Source: an uncultured Clostridia bacterium
Lineage (GTDB): Bacteria; Bacillota; Clostridia; UBA1381; UMGS1253
Reading direction: 5' to 3'
NCBI GenBank assembly: GCA_934456295.1
Contig: CAKSHB010000001.1
Span: 174-64,173, forward strand
Length of the DNA stretch: 64,000 bases
Positions 9,194 to 19,366 of this stretch are shown one piece after another. Position 1 is the first letter of the stretch; every line of letters begins with the position of its first letter. The notes beneath the pieces are model-generated. The model was given only the letters and a program-made list of their open reading frames with translations, ran no database searches and had not been told where the DNA came from. A program made the position numbers and the translations under genes.

Positions 9194-10591
9194 TTGATTT
9201 CATTACTATTTATGCCGATGCGCAGCGGCGGAATGGAGATTACAGTGACGCAAAAAAGGATACCGCCAAAAACACATGCGAAAACGGGCAGGGCGCGTAC
9301 ATCTTCATCTGTGCGCACGAAAAGACCTCCGTCAAAGGCAGAAGCGGCAAAAAGCTTGAAAAGCCGTGAAAGGGCAGAAAAAAGCCGCGCAAAAACTGTA
9401 AAAAAACGCTTTGGAAAAAGCGCTTCGTCTGCACCGAAGCCGACCTTAAAGGGGCTTGACGGCAGCTTGGTTATGACGATAATAATACTTGTGGTTTTCG
9501 GGCTTATTATGGTATTTTCCGCAAGTGCGCCTTCTGCGAGCGCATATCAGGGAAATCCGTACCACTACATAATACGTCAGGCAATTTTTGCGGTTATGGG
9601 TATTGCAGCGATGTTTCTGCTTTCGAGAATTGATTATCACAAATATCAGAAATACGCGCTCGCCGTGCTCATAGGCAGCTTTATTCTGCTGTTCACGGTA
9701 TATATACCGGGGGTCGGCGTTGTGAGAAACAATGCAAGGCGCTGGATAAACATCGGCATAAGCACGCTGCAGCCGTCAGAGGTTGTAAAGGTTGCTATAA
9801 TTCTGTATTTTTCTTATAGTCTGTCTATCGTAAAAAAGGGAATAGAGAAGTTCTGGACAGGACTTTTCAGATACCTTGTGATACTCGGCGTATTTGCCGC
9901 AGTGCTTTATAAAGAGCCTCACCTGAGCGCAACTCTTGTGGTTTGTATTGTCGGCGCTGTTCTGACAATTACCGCCGGAGCAAAGGTAAAGCATTATGCT
10001 GCAATACTGCTGTGTGCGCTGCCGGTTCTGGCATTTGTTATTTATAACCAGCCGTATCAGATGGAGCGTATAACCACATTTTTGGACCCGTTTGCCGATA
10101 AAGCGGACTCGGGCTTTCAGGTGGTAAATTCGCTGTATGCAATCGGTTCGGGCGGTGTGTTCGGGCTGGGGCTCGGAATGAGCAGACAGAAATTTCTGTA
10201 TCTGCCCGAGCCGCATAACGATTTTATATTTGCGATAGTATGTGAGGAGCTTGGGCTTCTGGGAGCTGTGGCTGTACTTGTTTTATTCGGTATTCTGATA
10301 TGGAAGGGATACAGGATTGCCATACAGGCGCCGGACATGTTCGGCACACTTATGGCAACGGGAATTACAACGCTTGTCGGCATACAGGCGGCGATAAATG
10401 TTGCCGTTGTGACTGGATTTGCACCGGCGACGGGAGTTGCACTGCCGTTCTTCAGCTACGGCGGAACCTCTCTTTTGATACTGCTGAGCTGTATGGGTGT
10501 ACTTCTTAACATATCGCGGCAGACAGTGGCGGTTATAAGACCGTCGGAAAAGCTTATACAAAAAAATAATCGGGTGGGGAACAGAATATGA
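9194..10591 (+). CDS. ftsW: SEDS-family peptidoglycan glycosyltransferase FtsW/SpoVE with a long basic N-terminal extension
   Basis: The SEDS core includes PEPHNDFIFAIVCEELG and FFSYGGTS. About 85 N-terminal residues are rich in K/R/S/A. The start codon is uncertain (TTG 9194, ATG 9212 or ATG 9233). Confidence 0.88.
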   Translation: MISLLFMPMRSGGMEITVTQKRIPPKTHAKTGRARTSSSVRTKRPPSKAEAAKSLKSRERAEKSRAKTVKKRFGKSASSAPKPTLKGLDGSLVMTIIILVVFGLIMVFSASAPSASAYQGNPYHYIIRQAIFAVMGIAAMFLLSRIDYHKYQKYALAVLIGSFILLFTVYIPGVGVVRNNARRWINIGISTLQPSEVVKVAIILYFSYSLSIVKKGIEKFWTGLFRYLVILGVFAAVLYKEPHLSATLVVCIVGAVLTITAGAKVKHYAAILLCALPVLAFVIYNQPYQMERITTFLDPFADKADSGFQVVNSLYAIGSGGVFGLGLGMSRQKFLYLPEPHNDFIFAIVCEELGLLGAVAVLVLFGILIWKGYRIAIQAPDMFGTLMATGITTLVGIQAAINVAVVTGFAPATGVALPFFSYGGTSLLILLSCMGVLLNISRQTVAVIRPSEKLIQKNNRVGNRI

Positions 10592-11697
10592 GAATTTTGC
10601 TTGCAGGCGGCGGCACGGCGGGACATATAAATCCCGCAATTTCAATTGCTTCATATGCGAAGAGTATGGACGACAGCACACAGGTGCTTTTTATAGGCAA
10701 GCGCGGAAACATGGAGCAGACGCTTGTGCCGAAAGCGGGCTTTGATATTGAGTTTATAGATATAGAGGGTTTTAAGCGTAAGCTTACGCTTAAAAATATA
10801 TCGGTCGTGCTTAAAACCATGCGTGCGATAAAGGACAGCAAAAAAATCATATCGCAATTCAAGCCGGATATAGTCATATGCACAGGGGGCTATGTGAGCG
10901 GACCGGTGATGAGTGCGGCAAAGGCTATGCATGTTCCGTCCATAATACATGAGCAGAATGTATTCCCGGGCGTCACGGTGAAGCTGTCGCAGAAATATGC
11001 TTCATATATAGCGACAAGCTTTGAGCAGACAAGAAACTACCTGACCGAGAAGAAAAAATGTGTGTTTACGGGAAATCCGGTCAGAGAGCAGATACTTACG
11101 GCAAACAGAGAGCTTGCACGTCTTTCGCTGCGCCTTGATGAAAGACCGTTTGTGCTTGCTTTCGGCGGAAGCTTGGGTGCGGCGCGCGTAAATGATGCGG
11201 TTACGGGCTATATAGAAGAAACGATAAAGAACGACCGTGTGCAGATAATGTTTGGCACAGGCAAAAGAAACTATGACGCGGTATGCGAGGATTTTAAAAA
11301 ACGCGGAATTGATTTGTCAAAGCATAAAAACATAAAAGTGTGCGATTATATATACAACATGGATATGGCGCTTGCTGCGGCAGATGTGGTTATCGGGCGC
11401 GCAGGAGCTATAAGTATAAGTGAAATTACGGCTTTGGGAAAGGCAAGCATACTGATACCGTCGCCGAATGTGGCGCATAATCATCAGTACACAAATGCAA
11501 AGGCATTGTGTGACAAAAACGCGGCATGCATGATTACAGAAGATGTGCTTACGCCGAAAACGCTCGGCGATAAGGTAAGTGAGCTTTTAAACGATAGAAG
11601 AAAGCTTGAGGAGATAGAGAAAAACGCAAAGAAGTTCGGCGTAACCGACGCTTCGCAGAAAATATATGAGCTTGCGCTGAAACTTTTGCGCGAGTAA
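10588..11697 (+). CDS. murG: Lipid II-forming UDP-GlcNAc transferase
   Basis: GGGTAGHINPA glycine-rich loop. The ATG overlaps the ftsW stop (ATGA). Confidence 0.93.
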   Translation: MRILLAGGGTAGHINPAISIASYAKSMDDSTQVLFIGKRGNMEQTLVPKAGFDIEFIDIEGFKRKLTLKNISVVLKTMRAIKDSKKIISQFKPDIVICTGGYVSGPVMSAAKAMHVPSIIHEQNVFPGVTVKLSQKYASYIATSFEQTRNYLTEKKKCVFTGNPVREQILTANRELARLSLRLDERPFVLAFGGSLGAARVNDAVTGYIEETIKNDRVQIMFGTGKRNYDAVCEDFKKRGIDLSKHKNIKVCDYIYNMDMALAAADVVIGRAGAISISEITALGKASILIPSPNVAHNHQYTNAKALCDKNAACMITEDVLTPKTLGDKVSELLNDRRKLEEIEKNAKKFGVTDASQKIYELALKLLRE

Positions 11698-11765
11698 CGC
11701 CTTGCGGCGGGTCTGCATAATATGTATGGCAAATATATTAAGCGGATCTGCGGAGGTGTTGTTAT

Positions 11766-13031
11766 ATGGATAGACTGGTTATAGAAGGCTCGGGCCGTCT
11801 TGAGGGGAGCATACGCATACACGGCGCAAAAAATGCCGTGTTGCCGATTTTGGCGGCAACAGTGCTGAACGGCGGAGAAAATGTGATACATAACTGCCCC
11901 GAGCTGAGCGATGTAGACGCCTCGGCTGAGATACTGCGCTATCTCGGCTGTGAGGTCAGACGCGACGCGGATACGCTGACGGTAAATTCGGCTGCGGTGA
12001 CGCGCTGTGATATACCGGAAGAGCTTATGCGCGAAATGCGTTCATCGGTTATATTTCTCGGGGCGATAATTGCACGTTTTGCGCGTGCGGACGCAGCGCT
12101 TCCGGGCGGCTGCGAGCTTGGACCGCGCCCGATAGACCTTCATCTGAAAGCGTTTCGCCAGCTTGGGATTGACGTTTATGAGGAACATGGCTATATAAAA
12201 TGCAGTACCGGCAAAATCGTACCGGCATCGATACATCTTGATTTTCCGAGCGTTGGCGCAACAGAGAATATAATGCTTGCGTCTGTGCTTGCAGAAGGAA
12301 CAACCGTGATAACAAATGCGGCGCGTGAGCCTGAAATTGAGGATTTGCAGGACTTTTTGAATACTATGGGAGCAAGAGTGCACGGCGCCGGAACAAGCGT
12401 TATCAGAATTGACGGCGTAAAGCGCCTCGGAAGGGCAGAACACAGAGTCATACCCGACAGAATTGCAGCGGCGACATATATGGCATGCGGCGCAGCGGCA
12501 GGGGGCACTGTGGAGCTGACTGACACACAGCCGCGCCATATGGAGGCATTTTTGTCCGCGGCGGAGCAGTACGGCGCAAAGCTCTACATATCGGAGGGAC
12601 GGATTGTGCAGGTTGTGCCGGAAAGGCTTACGGCGATAAAAACGGTGCGCACACAGCCTCACCCCGGATTTCCGACGGACGCACAGGCACCGCTTATGGC
12701 GGCGATGAGTGTTGCGGACGGAACAAGCGTCTTTATTGAAAATATATTCGAGAGCAGATACAAACATGTATATGAATTGTGCCGCATGGGAGCGGATATC
12801 ACGGTTGACGGCCGTGACGCGATTGTACGCGGAGTAAAAAGGCTCAGCGGCGCAAACGTGACAGCAATGGATTTGCGTGGCGGCGCGGCGCTGGCAGTTG
12901 CGGCGGCTGCGGCAGAAGGGATTACCGAAATAAGCGGTATGGAGCATGTTGACAGAGGATATGAAAGGCTTGATGAGAACCTGAGAAGAATTGGACTGCG
13001 TGCACAAAGGGTGAGCGGACGCAGCATGTAA
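11766..13031 (+). CDS. murA: UDP-N-acetylglucosamine 1-carboxyvinyltransferase
   Basis: GAKNAVLPILAA and the active-site loop PGGCELGPRPIDLH, which retains the Cys. Confidence 0.93.
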   Translation: MDRLVIEGSGRLEGSIRIHGAKNAVLPILAATVLNGGENVIHNCPELSDVDASAEILRYLGCEVRRDADTLTVNSAAVTRCDIPEELMREMRSSVIFLGAIIARFARADAALPGGCELGPRPIDLHLKAFRQLGIDVYEEHGYIKCSTGKIVPASIHLDFPSVGATENIMLASVLAEGTTVITNAAREPEIEDLQDFLNTMGARVHGAGTSVIRIDGVKRLGRAEHRVIPDRIAAATYMACGAAAGGTVELTDTQPRHMEAFLSAAEQYGAKLYISEGRIVQVVPERLTAIKTVRTQPHPGFPTDAQAPLMAAMSVADGTSVFIENIFESRYKHVYELCRMGADITVDGRDAIVRGVKRLSGANVTAMDLRGGAALAVAAAAAEGITEISGMEHVDRGYERLDENLRRIGLRAQRVSGRSM

Positions 13032-13066
13032 GCATAGTTTGTACGGCGTTGCGAGAGGAAAAAAGA

Positions 13067-13864
13067 ATGAGAAATATGAAAAAAATGAGTGCGGCGGAAA
13101 GGCATGAGGATATTCGTGCACGCCACATAAAACGGCAGAAAAAAAGAAGAAAGAGAAAACTGTTTATAAGGTCATTTTTGCTGATTGCGCTGCTGGCGAC
13201 AGTCGGAGGAGTGCTGTTATTTCTGACGCCGTGGTTTAATGTGGCACAGATAGATGTCATCGGAAACAGTCAGGTGCAGACGGACTCAATAATTGCGCAG
13301 AGCGGTGTATACTACGGTGCAAATATATTCAAACTGAGCACATCGTATGCATGCGAGAAAATTTCGCAGATGCCGTACATAAAAAGTGTGCAGGTTAAAC
13401 GGAAACTTCCGAATAAAATAGAAATAAATGTGCAGGAGAGTCATGTTGCGGCATGTGTGGCAAATAACGGAGGATATGTAACAATTGACGAGGACGGGAA
13501 ATGTCTGGAGATAATTTCACAGCCGCCGGAGAACTGTATGCAAATTCTGGGATTTGAGTTAAAAGAATTTAAGCCTGGACAGAAAATAAAAGTTGACGTA
13601 GACGAAAAATTTGATATAATAATATTATGTATATCGGAATTTGAAAAGAATGAGATTTTAAGTTCCGTAACCTCGCTTGATATTACAAATACGGTTGATG
13701 TAAAATTCACATATAAAAACCGTCTGACCGTATTTTGCGGAGATTTGAACAACATAAACAGAAAGCTTTTGACATTTAATGAGATTGCGTTTAATCAGCT
13801 GTCGCCGAATGCACGCGGAGAGATTGATTTGCGCATTGACGGAAAGTTTTATTACAGACCGTGA
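13067..13864 (+). CDS. ftsQ: Cell-division protein FtsQ/DivIB (POTRA domain)
   Basis: A basic N-terminus and one TM segment, then a POTRA-like IDVIGNSQV...YIKSVQVKRKLPNKIEINVQE. ATG 13067 follows GAGAGGA. Confidence 0.85.
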   Translation: MRNMKKMSAAERHEDIRARHIKRQKKRRKRKLFIRSFLLIALLATVGGVLLFLTPWFNVAQIDVIGNSQVQTDSIIAQSGVYYGANIFKLSTSYACEKISQMPYIKSVQVKRKLPNKIEINVQESHVAACVANNGGYVTIDEDGKCLEIISQPPENCMQILGFELKEFKPGQKIKVDVDEKFDIIILCISEFEKNEILSSVTSLDITNTVDVKFTYKNRLTVFCGDLNNINRKLLTFNEIAFNQLSPNARGEIDLRIDGKFYYRP

Positions 13865-13883
13865 CGATTTGACGGAGGCACAG

Positions 13884-14636
13884 ATGAGGAGAAGAAATAT
13901 AAAAGCACAGGCTGCAATCGGTATCGTATGCGCGATTTTGTCATTTGCTGTGGCGACGCAGTTTATAAGTGTGCGTAAAAATGTCGCAACCGAAACAAAA
14001 CAGGCAAAGCGTGCGGAGGAGCTGCAGCTTGAGCTCGGCAAAGAAAAGGAAAAAAACGCGGACTTATATTTGCAGCTGTACAGTGCACAAAACGACTTAA
14101 AACAGTACCGTGAGGAAGCAGAGAACAGCAGTGACTATACAAAGGCGCTCTCAGACCAGCTCAAGCGCAGCGAGGTGCTTGCGGGTCTTACGGAGGTTGA
14201 GGGACAGGGTATAATTTTAAAGCTGTCAGACAGCTCGCATCCGTCCGTATCGGGGGCAACAACATCGGAAAACGAAATGCTGATAATTCACGACAGCGAC
14301 CTGCGGCTTGCAATCACAGAGCTTGCTGCTGCGGGAGCTGAGGCATATGCAATAAACGGACAAAGAATAATAAGTACAACGCCGATACGCTGTGTGGGGC
14401 CGGTAATTACGGTAAATGAGCAAAAAATGGCGCCTCCGTTTGAAATTTCAGCGATAGGCGACCCGAAAACACTTGAAGCTGCCGTAAATATGCGCGGCGG
14501 ACTTGCCGATTTATACAGCTCGGTCGGCATAGGGGTTGAGGTAATAACCTCCGATAAAATACAAATTCCACGTTATACGGGTACGGTAAACTTCCAGTAT
14601 GCCGCCCCCGTGATTAAGGAAAGCGGTGAAGAATAA
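13884..14636 (+). CDS. DUF881-family division-associated protein (YlxW-like)
   Basis: An N-terminal TM segment and coiled coil, then a conserved C-terminal domain. Its position between ftsQ and sbp matches Bacillus dcw clusters. ATG 13884 follows GGAGG. Confidence 0.75.
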   Translation: MRRRNIKAQAAIGIVCAILSFAVATQFISVRKNVATETKQAKRAEELQLELGKEKEKNADLYLQLYSAQNDLKQYREEAENSSDYTKALSDQLKRSEVLAGLTEVEGQGIILKLSDSSHPSVSGATTSENEMLIIHDSDLRLAITELAAAGAEAYAINGQRIISTTPIRCVGPVITVNEQKMAPPFEISAIGDPKTLEAAVNMRGGLADLYSSVGIGVEVITSDKIQIPRYTGTVNFQYAAPVIKESGEE

Positions 14637-14639
14637 ACA

Positions 14640-14990
14640 ATGACCGGAATTATAATTGGTATCATTGCCGGGCTTGTGTGCGCCCTGCTGGCACAGGTTC
14701 ATATACCGAGCGCATATTCGATATATGTCGCAGTCGGGATTTTGGCGTCACTCGACTCGGTGTGCGGCGGAATAAGCGCTTCAATGGCGAAAAACTTTAA
14801 CCTGAAGATATTCATAACAGGACTGTTTTTCAATGCCGCAGTAGCTATGCTTTTGGTATATTTGGGAGAATTGCTCGGTATAGACCTGTCTTTGGCGGCA
14901 ATTGTGGTCTTTGGCTCAAGAATTATTCAAAATTTTGCAAAAATTCGCAGATTACTCTTGAATAAATTTGAAAAAAAGGATAAAATATAG
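14640..14990 (+). CDS. Small basic protein Sbp (DUF1290)
   Basis: A 116-aa membrane protein with a basic tail (KIRRLLLNKFEKKDKI), in the conserved position upstream of ftsZ. Confidence 0.75.
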   Translation: MTGIIIGIIAGLVCALLAQVHIPSAYSIYVAVGILASLDSVCGGISASMAKNFNLKIFITGLFFNAAVAMLLVYLGELLGIDLSLAAIVVFGSRIIQNFAKIRRLLLNKFEKKDKI

Positions 14991-15100
14991 ATAAGTAAAA
15001 TTATAATTGGATTAAAATTACTTTTTAAACAAAAAAAATAACAAATAAAAAAACAACCAGCAAAACAGTCAAATGAAAAAAACGGTGAGGAGGAAATAAA

Positions 15101-16180
15101 TTGTTTGATATTGATGTAGAAACAGACAATGTCGCAAAAATAAAAGTAGTGGGTGTCGGCGGCGGCGGGAATAATGCCGTTAACAGAATGATTGACGTCG
15201 GGGTTAAGTGCGTTGAGTTCATATCCGTAAATACTGACGCGCAGGTTTTAAAGGACTCAAAGGCAGACGTTAAGCTTCAGATTGGTGAAAAGCTGACACG
15301 AGGACTCGGCGCCGGAGCTAATCCGGAAATCGGTGAAAAAGCGGCACAGGAAAGCAGAGATGAAATCGAATCGGCGCTCAAAGGTTCCGATATGGTATTC
15401 ATAACGGCAGGTATGGGCGGCGGTACCGGTACGGGCGCTGCGGCGATTATTGCCGGTATTGCGAAGGATTTGGGAATTTTGACGGTTGCAATAGTTACAA
15501 AGCCCTTCATGTTTGAGGGCAGGCCGCGTATGTCAAAGGCTGAGGCAGGCATAAAGGCGCTTCGTGAGAATGTTGACGCGATAATGACAATACCGAATGA
15601 CAACCTTCTCAAAATAATCGATAAAAATACGGGAATAGTTGAAACCTTCCTTATGGCTGACGATATACTCCGCCAGGGTGTGCAGGGTATTTCGGATATG
15701 ATTGTGGGTTCGGGTTACATAAACGCCGACTTTGCCGATGTAAAGCGTACTATGGCAAATTCGGGTGTGGCACATATGGGTGTCGGTATTGCAAAAGGCG
15801 ACAATAAGGCTTCTGAGGCTGTCAAGCTTGCAATTGAGAGTCCGCTTCTCGAAACTTCGATTAACGGTGCGCGTAACGTGCTCATCAATATCACGGGCGG
15901 AAAAGACCTCACAATGTTTGACGCAAATCAGGTTATGCAGTTTGCAAATGAGCTTGTTGACAGTGACGCAGAGATTATCTTCGGCGTTGTAATTGATGAG
16001 GCTCTTGATGATGAAATGCGTGTAACCGTTGTTGCAACGGGCTTTGATACAGTGACACCTTCTTCGGAAATTTTCAGAAAGATTAATAATGAAGAAGAGG
16101 ATAAATCGCCGCTGTTTACGCCTAATGTAGAGCTTGATAATGTGGATATACCAACATTTCTTAAAAACAGAAACATCTGA
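15101..16180 (+). CDS. ftsZ: Cell-division GTPase FtsZ
   Basis: TTG start after GAGGAGG. Tubulin signature GGGTGTGAA and [14 protein letters not shown]. Confidence 0.97.
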   Translation: MFDIDVETDNVAKIKVVGVGGGGNNAVNRMIDVGVKCVEFISVNTDAQVLKDSKADVKLQIGEKLTRGLGAGANPEIGEKAAQESRDEIESALKGSDMVFITAGMGGGTGTGAAAIIAGIAKDLGILTVAIVTKPFMFEGRPRMSKAEAGIKALRENVDAIMTIPNDNLLKIIDKNTGIVETFLMADDILRQGVQGISDMIVGSGYINADFADVKRTMANSGVAHMGVGIAKGDNKASEAVKLAIESPLLETSINGARNVLINITGGKDLTMFDANQVMQFANELVDSDAEIIFGVVIDEALDDEMRVTVVATGFDTVTPSSEIFRKINNEEEDKSPLFTPNVELDNVDIPTFLKNRNI

Positions 16181-16198
16181 TTGAAAATTAACCATACA

Positions 16199-16231
16199 TA
16201 AAAGGGACATGATTTGATCATGTCCCTTTTT
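16199..16231. terminator. Bidirectional intrinsic terminator between convergent ftsZ and metH
   Basis: A perfect 10-bp stem gggacatgat/atcatgtccc (16204-16226) flanked by an A-run and a T-run. Confidence 0.8.
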
Positions 16232-16263
16232 GTGCATAAACGCATTGTAAAAAATATAAAAAA

Positions 16264-18618
16264 TCAGGCAAAAACCTCTTTTGCAATATCGGCAGAACGC
16301 TTTGCGTCTTTTGCGTAATAATCGGCGCCGATTTTCATTGCATAACTCTCGGTCAGCACAGCGCCCCCAACCATTATTTTGCATGGAAGCTGTGCTTTGT
16401 GTATGGCGGCGATTGTCTGCTCCATAGAGCCGAGCGTGGTTGTCATAAGAGCGCTCAGCCCGACGAGAGGAGCCTTTTCTCTTCTGACCGTTTCCACAAC
16501 GGTTTCAATATCAACATCGCGTCCGAGGTCAAATACCGTATATCCGTAGTTCTCGAGTATTACTTTAACAATGTTTTTGCCGATGTCATGAATGTCGCCT
16601 TTGACTGTTGCAAGTACAATTTTGCCCATCTGAACGCTTTTTGTACCGCTTTCGGCAATCTTTTCCTTCACCGCCTCAAAAGCGCTCTGGGCGGCATTTG
16701 CGGCGCTGAGAAGCTGGGGCAGAAACAGCTTTCCGCACTCAAAATCCGCGCCGACGGAGTCAAGCGCCGGAATAAGCTCGTTATTTACAACGTCAAGCGC
16801 ATCACGGTTTTGAAGCTGCTGCATACACAGCGATTTTGCCTCGTCGGCAAGACCTTTGCGCACAGCCTCGCCCAGTGAATGCAGTGTTTGCACCGGTATT
16901 TTCGGCACATTTTCTGCCGCCGGAAAGCGCTTTATAAATTCTTCGGAGCCGATATCGATGTTTGCGAGTACGCGGTATGCACTTATTACGTCCATCATCG
17001 CTTTGGAATTTGGGTTGATAATCGGAAGATTAAGACCTGTGCCGAGCGCCAGCGACAGAAACGTGCTGTTGACAAGCTCACGGTTTGGCAAACCAAAGGA
17101 TATATTTGACACACCGAGCACGGTTTTCAGTCCGAGCTGTTCTTTGACCATGCGCACTGCCTTCAGCGTTTCAAATACCTCTGCCTGCTGTGCCGACGCT
17201 GTGAGTGTGAGGCAGTCAACGAAGATATCTTCACGTGCAATTCCGTATTTTTCTGCCTCGCCGAGTATGCGCCGTGCAATTTCGACGCGCTTTTCCGCTG
17301 TCATGGGGATACCGTTTTCATCGAGCGTCAGCGCAACGACGGCAGCGCCGTATTTTTTTACGACAGGAAGAAGTCTGTCCAAAACCTTCTGTTCGCCATT
17401 TACGGAATTTACTATAGCTTTGCCGTTATATACTCTCAGCGCACTTTCTACGGCATGCGGATTTGATGAGTCGATTTGCAGCGGCAAATCCGTCACGCTC
17501 TGAATTTTTTTTACAACCTCGGTAAGCATGCTTACCTCATCTATACCCGGCATGCCGACGTTGACATCAAGTATGTCCGCGCCTGCATCGGCTTGTTCAA
17601 CCGCCTGTGAAATGATGTAGTCAAAGTTGTTTTCTGAGAGAGCTTGTTTAAAGCGCTTTTTACCGGTCGGATTTATACGCTCGCCTATAACCGCAACGTT
17701 TTCAATATCAACTGTGCGTGTCGGCGTACATACGATACTGCGCTTTTTTTTCGGTACATGAACGGGAATTTTATCTTTAAAAGCCGCGCTTATTGCGGCG
17801 ATATACTCGGGCGTTGTGCCGCAGCAGCCTCCTGCCATGCATATGCCGAGTTTATGATATTTTTCCATAAGTTCGCCGAATTCCGCGGCGCTGATGTCAT
17901 AGCTGTTGTCGGCAGGGTTCGGAAGTCCCGCATTCGGTTTTACAAATACGGGAACATTGCTGCATGCGCAAAGCTTCTCGGCAAGCGGATATATTTCGCG
18001 CGGACCGAGAGAGCAGTTTATGCCTATTGCATCTGCGCCGAGTCCGCAAAGAACCGCTGCCATCGCCTCTATGCTGCATCCTGTGAAGGTGCGCCCGTTC
18101 TCCTCAAAGCTCATTGATACAAACAGCGGCAAATCGCTGTTTTCACGTGCCGCCAAAACTCCTGCTTTTACCTCATATAAATCCGTCATGGTTTCGAGTA
18201 CAATCAGCTCCGCACCGCTTGCTGTGCCTGCGCGCACAACCTCGCCGAACAGCTCGCATGCCTTTTCAAAGCGCAGTGTGCCCGACGGCTCAAGAAGCTC
18301 ACCCAAAGGACCTATGTCGAGTGCGGCTGCGGCGTTTGTACCGCTGCATGCATTTTTTGCCGCACGCACAGATGCGCCTATGACCTCGTTTACACTGTAG
18401 CCCGTATTTGCAAGTTTGAGTGCATTTGCGCCGAAGGTGTTTGCATATACGATGTCGGCGCCGCTTTCTATATAGGAACGATGAATACTTTCAATAAGCT
18501 GCGGATTGGTAATCGAGAGAAGCTCCGGCACAGCGCCAGGAGTCAGCCCGTTTTTTTGCAGCATTGTGCCCATTGCGCCGTCAAGAATTGTGTATTTATC
18601 GGGATTAAATTTAAACAT
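16264..18618 (-). CDS. metH: Cobalamin-dependent methionine synthase lacking the activation domain (Hcy-binding, pterin-binding and B12-binding modules)
   Basis: N-terminal homocysteine S-methyltransferase module (GCCGTTPEYI), a pterin-binding module, and the B12-binding DxHxxG motif (GDIHDIGKN). ATG at 18618 gives MFKFNPDKYTILDGAMGT. Confidence 0.92.
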   Translation of the reverse strand: MFKFNPDKYTILDGAMGTMLQKNGLTPGAVPELLSITNPQLIESIHRSYIESGADIVYANTFGANALKLANTGYSVNEVIGASVRAAKNACSGTNAAAALDIGPLGELLEPSGTLRFEKACELFGEVVRAGTASGAELIVLETMTDLYEVKAGVLAARENSDLPLFVSMSFEENGRTFTGCSIEAMAAVLCGLGADAIGINCSLGPREIYPLAEKLCACSNVPVFVKPNAGLPNPADNSYDISAAEFGELMEKYHKLGICMAGGCCGTTPEYIAAISAAFKDKIPVHVPKKKRSIVCTPTRTVDIENVAVIGERINPTGKKRFKQALSENNFDYIISQAVEQADAGADILDVNVGMPGIDEVSMLTEVVKKIQSVTDLPLQIDSSNPHAVESALRVYNGKAIVNSVNGEQKVLDRLLPVVKKYGAAVVALTLDENGIPMTAEKRVEIARRILGEAEKYGIAREDIFVDCLTLTASAQQAEVFETLKAVRMVKEQLGLKTVLGVSNISFGLPNRELVNSTFLSLALGTGLNLPIINPNSKAMMDVISAYRVLANIDIGSEEFIKRFPAAENVPKIPVQTLHSLGEAVRKGLADEAKSLCMQQLQNRDALDVVNNELIPALDSVGADFECGKLFLPQLLSAANAAQSAFEAVKEKIAESGTKSVQMGKIVLATVKGDIHDIGKNIVKVILENYGYTVFDLGRDVDIETVVETVRREKAPLVGLSALMTTTLGSMEQTIAAIHKAQLPCKIMVGGAVLTESYAMKIGADYYAKDAKRSADIAKEVFA

Positions 18619-18658
18619 GCGGACACAGTCCTTTCGTAAAAATATCGTTTTGTAAATG

Positions 18659-19342
18659 TTATTTGGTGCCGGCAGGGTTAAAACCGCACCGTTTAAAGTC
18701 ACATTTTTCACGCAGTACACAGTTTTCGCAGCCGGCAAGCTTTCCCTTTACAAAAGAAGGCGAAATACCGATTACGGCGGTTACCGATTTGCGCGGAGTC
18801 AGTATACTGCTCTGTGTGGCACAAAGACCGATTTTGCGCTCCGAGTCAAGAAGCCTCAGCAGAATATGCTGCTTTTCAATCGGGAAATCACCGTACCCGG
18901 GCGAAAAGCGGCTTGTCATGTATAAATTGCTGTGCGCGTATGTGTTGGCAAGCATTTTTGAAAAGTCATCGCATAATGTTTCAACTGCAGCAGTTGCGCA
19001 TGCGTCAAGTATCACGGGCATAAGTGCGTCGGTTGCCTGTGCGGCGCGGATTTTTGCCTCAACGCCGCTGCCTGCTGTCACGGCAGTGAGCACCGCTCTG
19101 TCACAGCCGTGCAGATGTGTATATATGTCATTTCCTTCAAGCAGACGCACTGTTTCCAGCTCTTCAAGCGAAAATTCATCATAAACGGCACGCGGAGTTA
19201 TGGCTGAAAGGACAATATCACAGGCTTGTCCGATTTTTGCATTAATTATTTCATCGGGCGAAGCAGGGCTGCGATAGCCAAGAAAGCGCATGACCTCATC
19301 TTTGTTTATAGTTTCGGGTTTTGGAAGTGTAAGCTTTTCCAT
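18659..19342 (-). CDS. Stand-alone methionine synthase reactivation (AdoMet-binding) domain protein
   Basis: A 227-aa ORF immediately upstream of metH. Its length and sequence style fit the C-terminal activation domain that is fused in E. coli MetH. Confidence 0.7.
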   Translation of the reverse strand: MEKLTLPKPETINKDEVMRFLGYRSPASPDEIINAKIGQACDIVLSAITPRAVYDEFSLEELETVRLLEGNDIYTHLHGCDRAVLTAVTAGSGVEAKIRAAQATDALMPVILDACATAAVETLCDDFSKMLANTYAHSNLYMTSRFSPGYGDFPIEKQHILLRLLDSERKIGLCATQSSILTPRKSVTAVIGISPSFVKGKLAGCENCVLREKCDFKRCGFNPAGTK

Positions 19343-19366
19343 ATTTTTAAAAACCCCTCTTTATTA

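Noticed and set aside
9055-9369. A 104-aa + strand ORF between mraY and ftsW that overlaps the FtsW N-terminal extension in another frame.
   Set aside because: It has no RBS and an implausible composition. The overlapping frame continues uninterrupted into the conserved SEDS core and is preferred.
12042-13121. A 359-aa ORF antisense to murA. Similar long antisense ORFs occur at 560-1321 (antisense to mraZ/rsmH), 15533-16384 (ftsZ), 16856-17503 and 17906-18400 (metH), 19226-19981 (metF), 42365-43114 (SLH protein), 45244-45882 (ECF ATPase) and 57754-58416 (tmk).
   Set aside because: Each lies fully opposite a gene with unmistakable conserved motifs. The translations are Cys/Arg/His- or Ser/Pro-rich low-complexity strings, and none has an RBS. 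They are the usual shadow ORFs of codon-biased genes.
14991-15100. I checked whether a degraded ftsA is hidden between sbp and ftsZ.
   Set aside because: The gap is only 110 nt of A-rich sequence with stops in all frames, so there is no room for even a fragment of ftsA.
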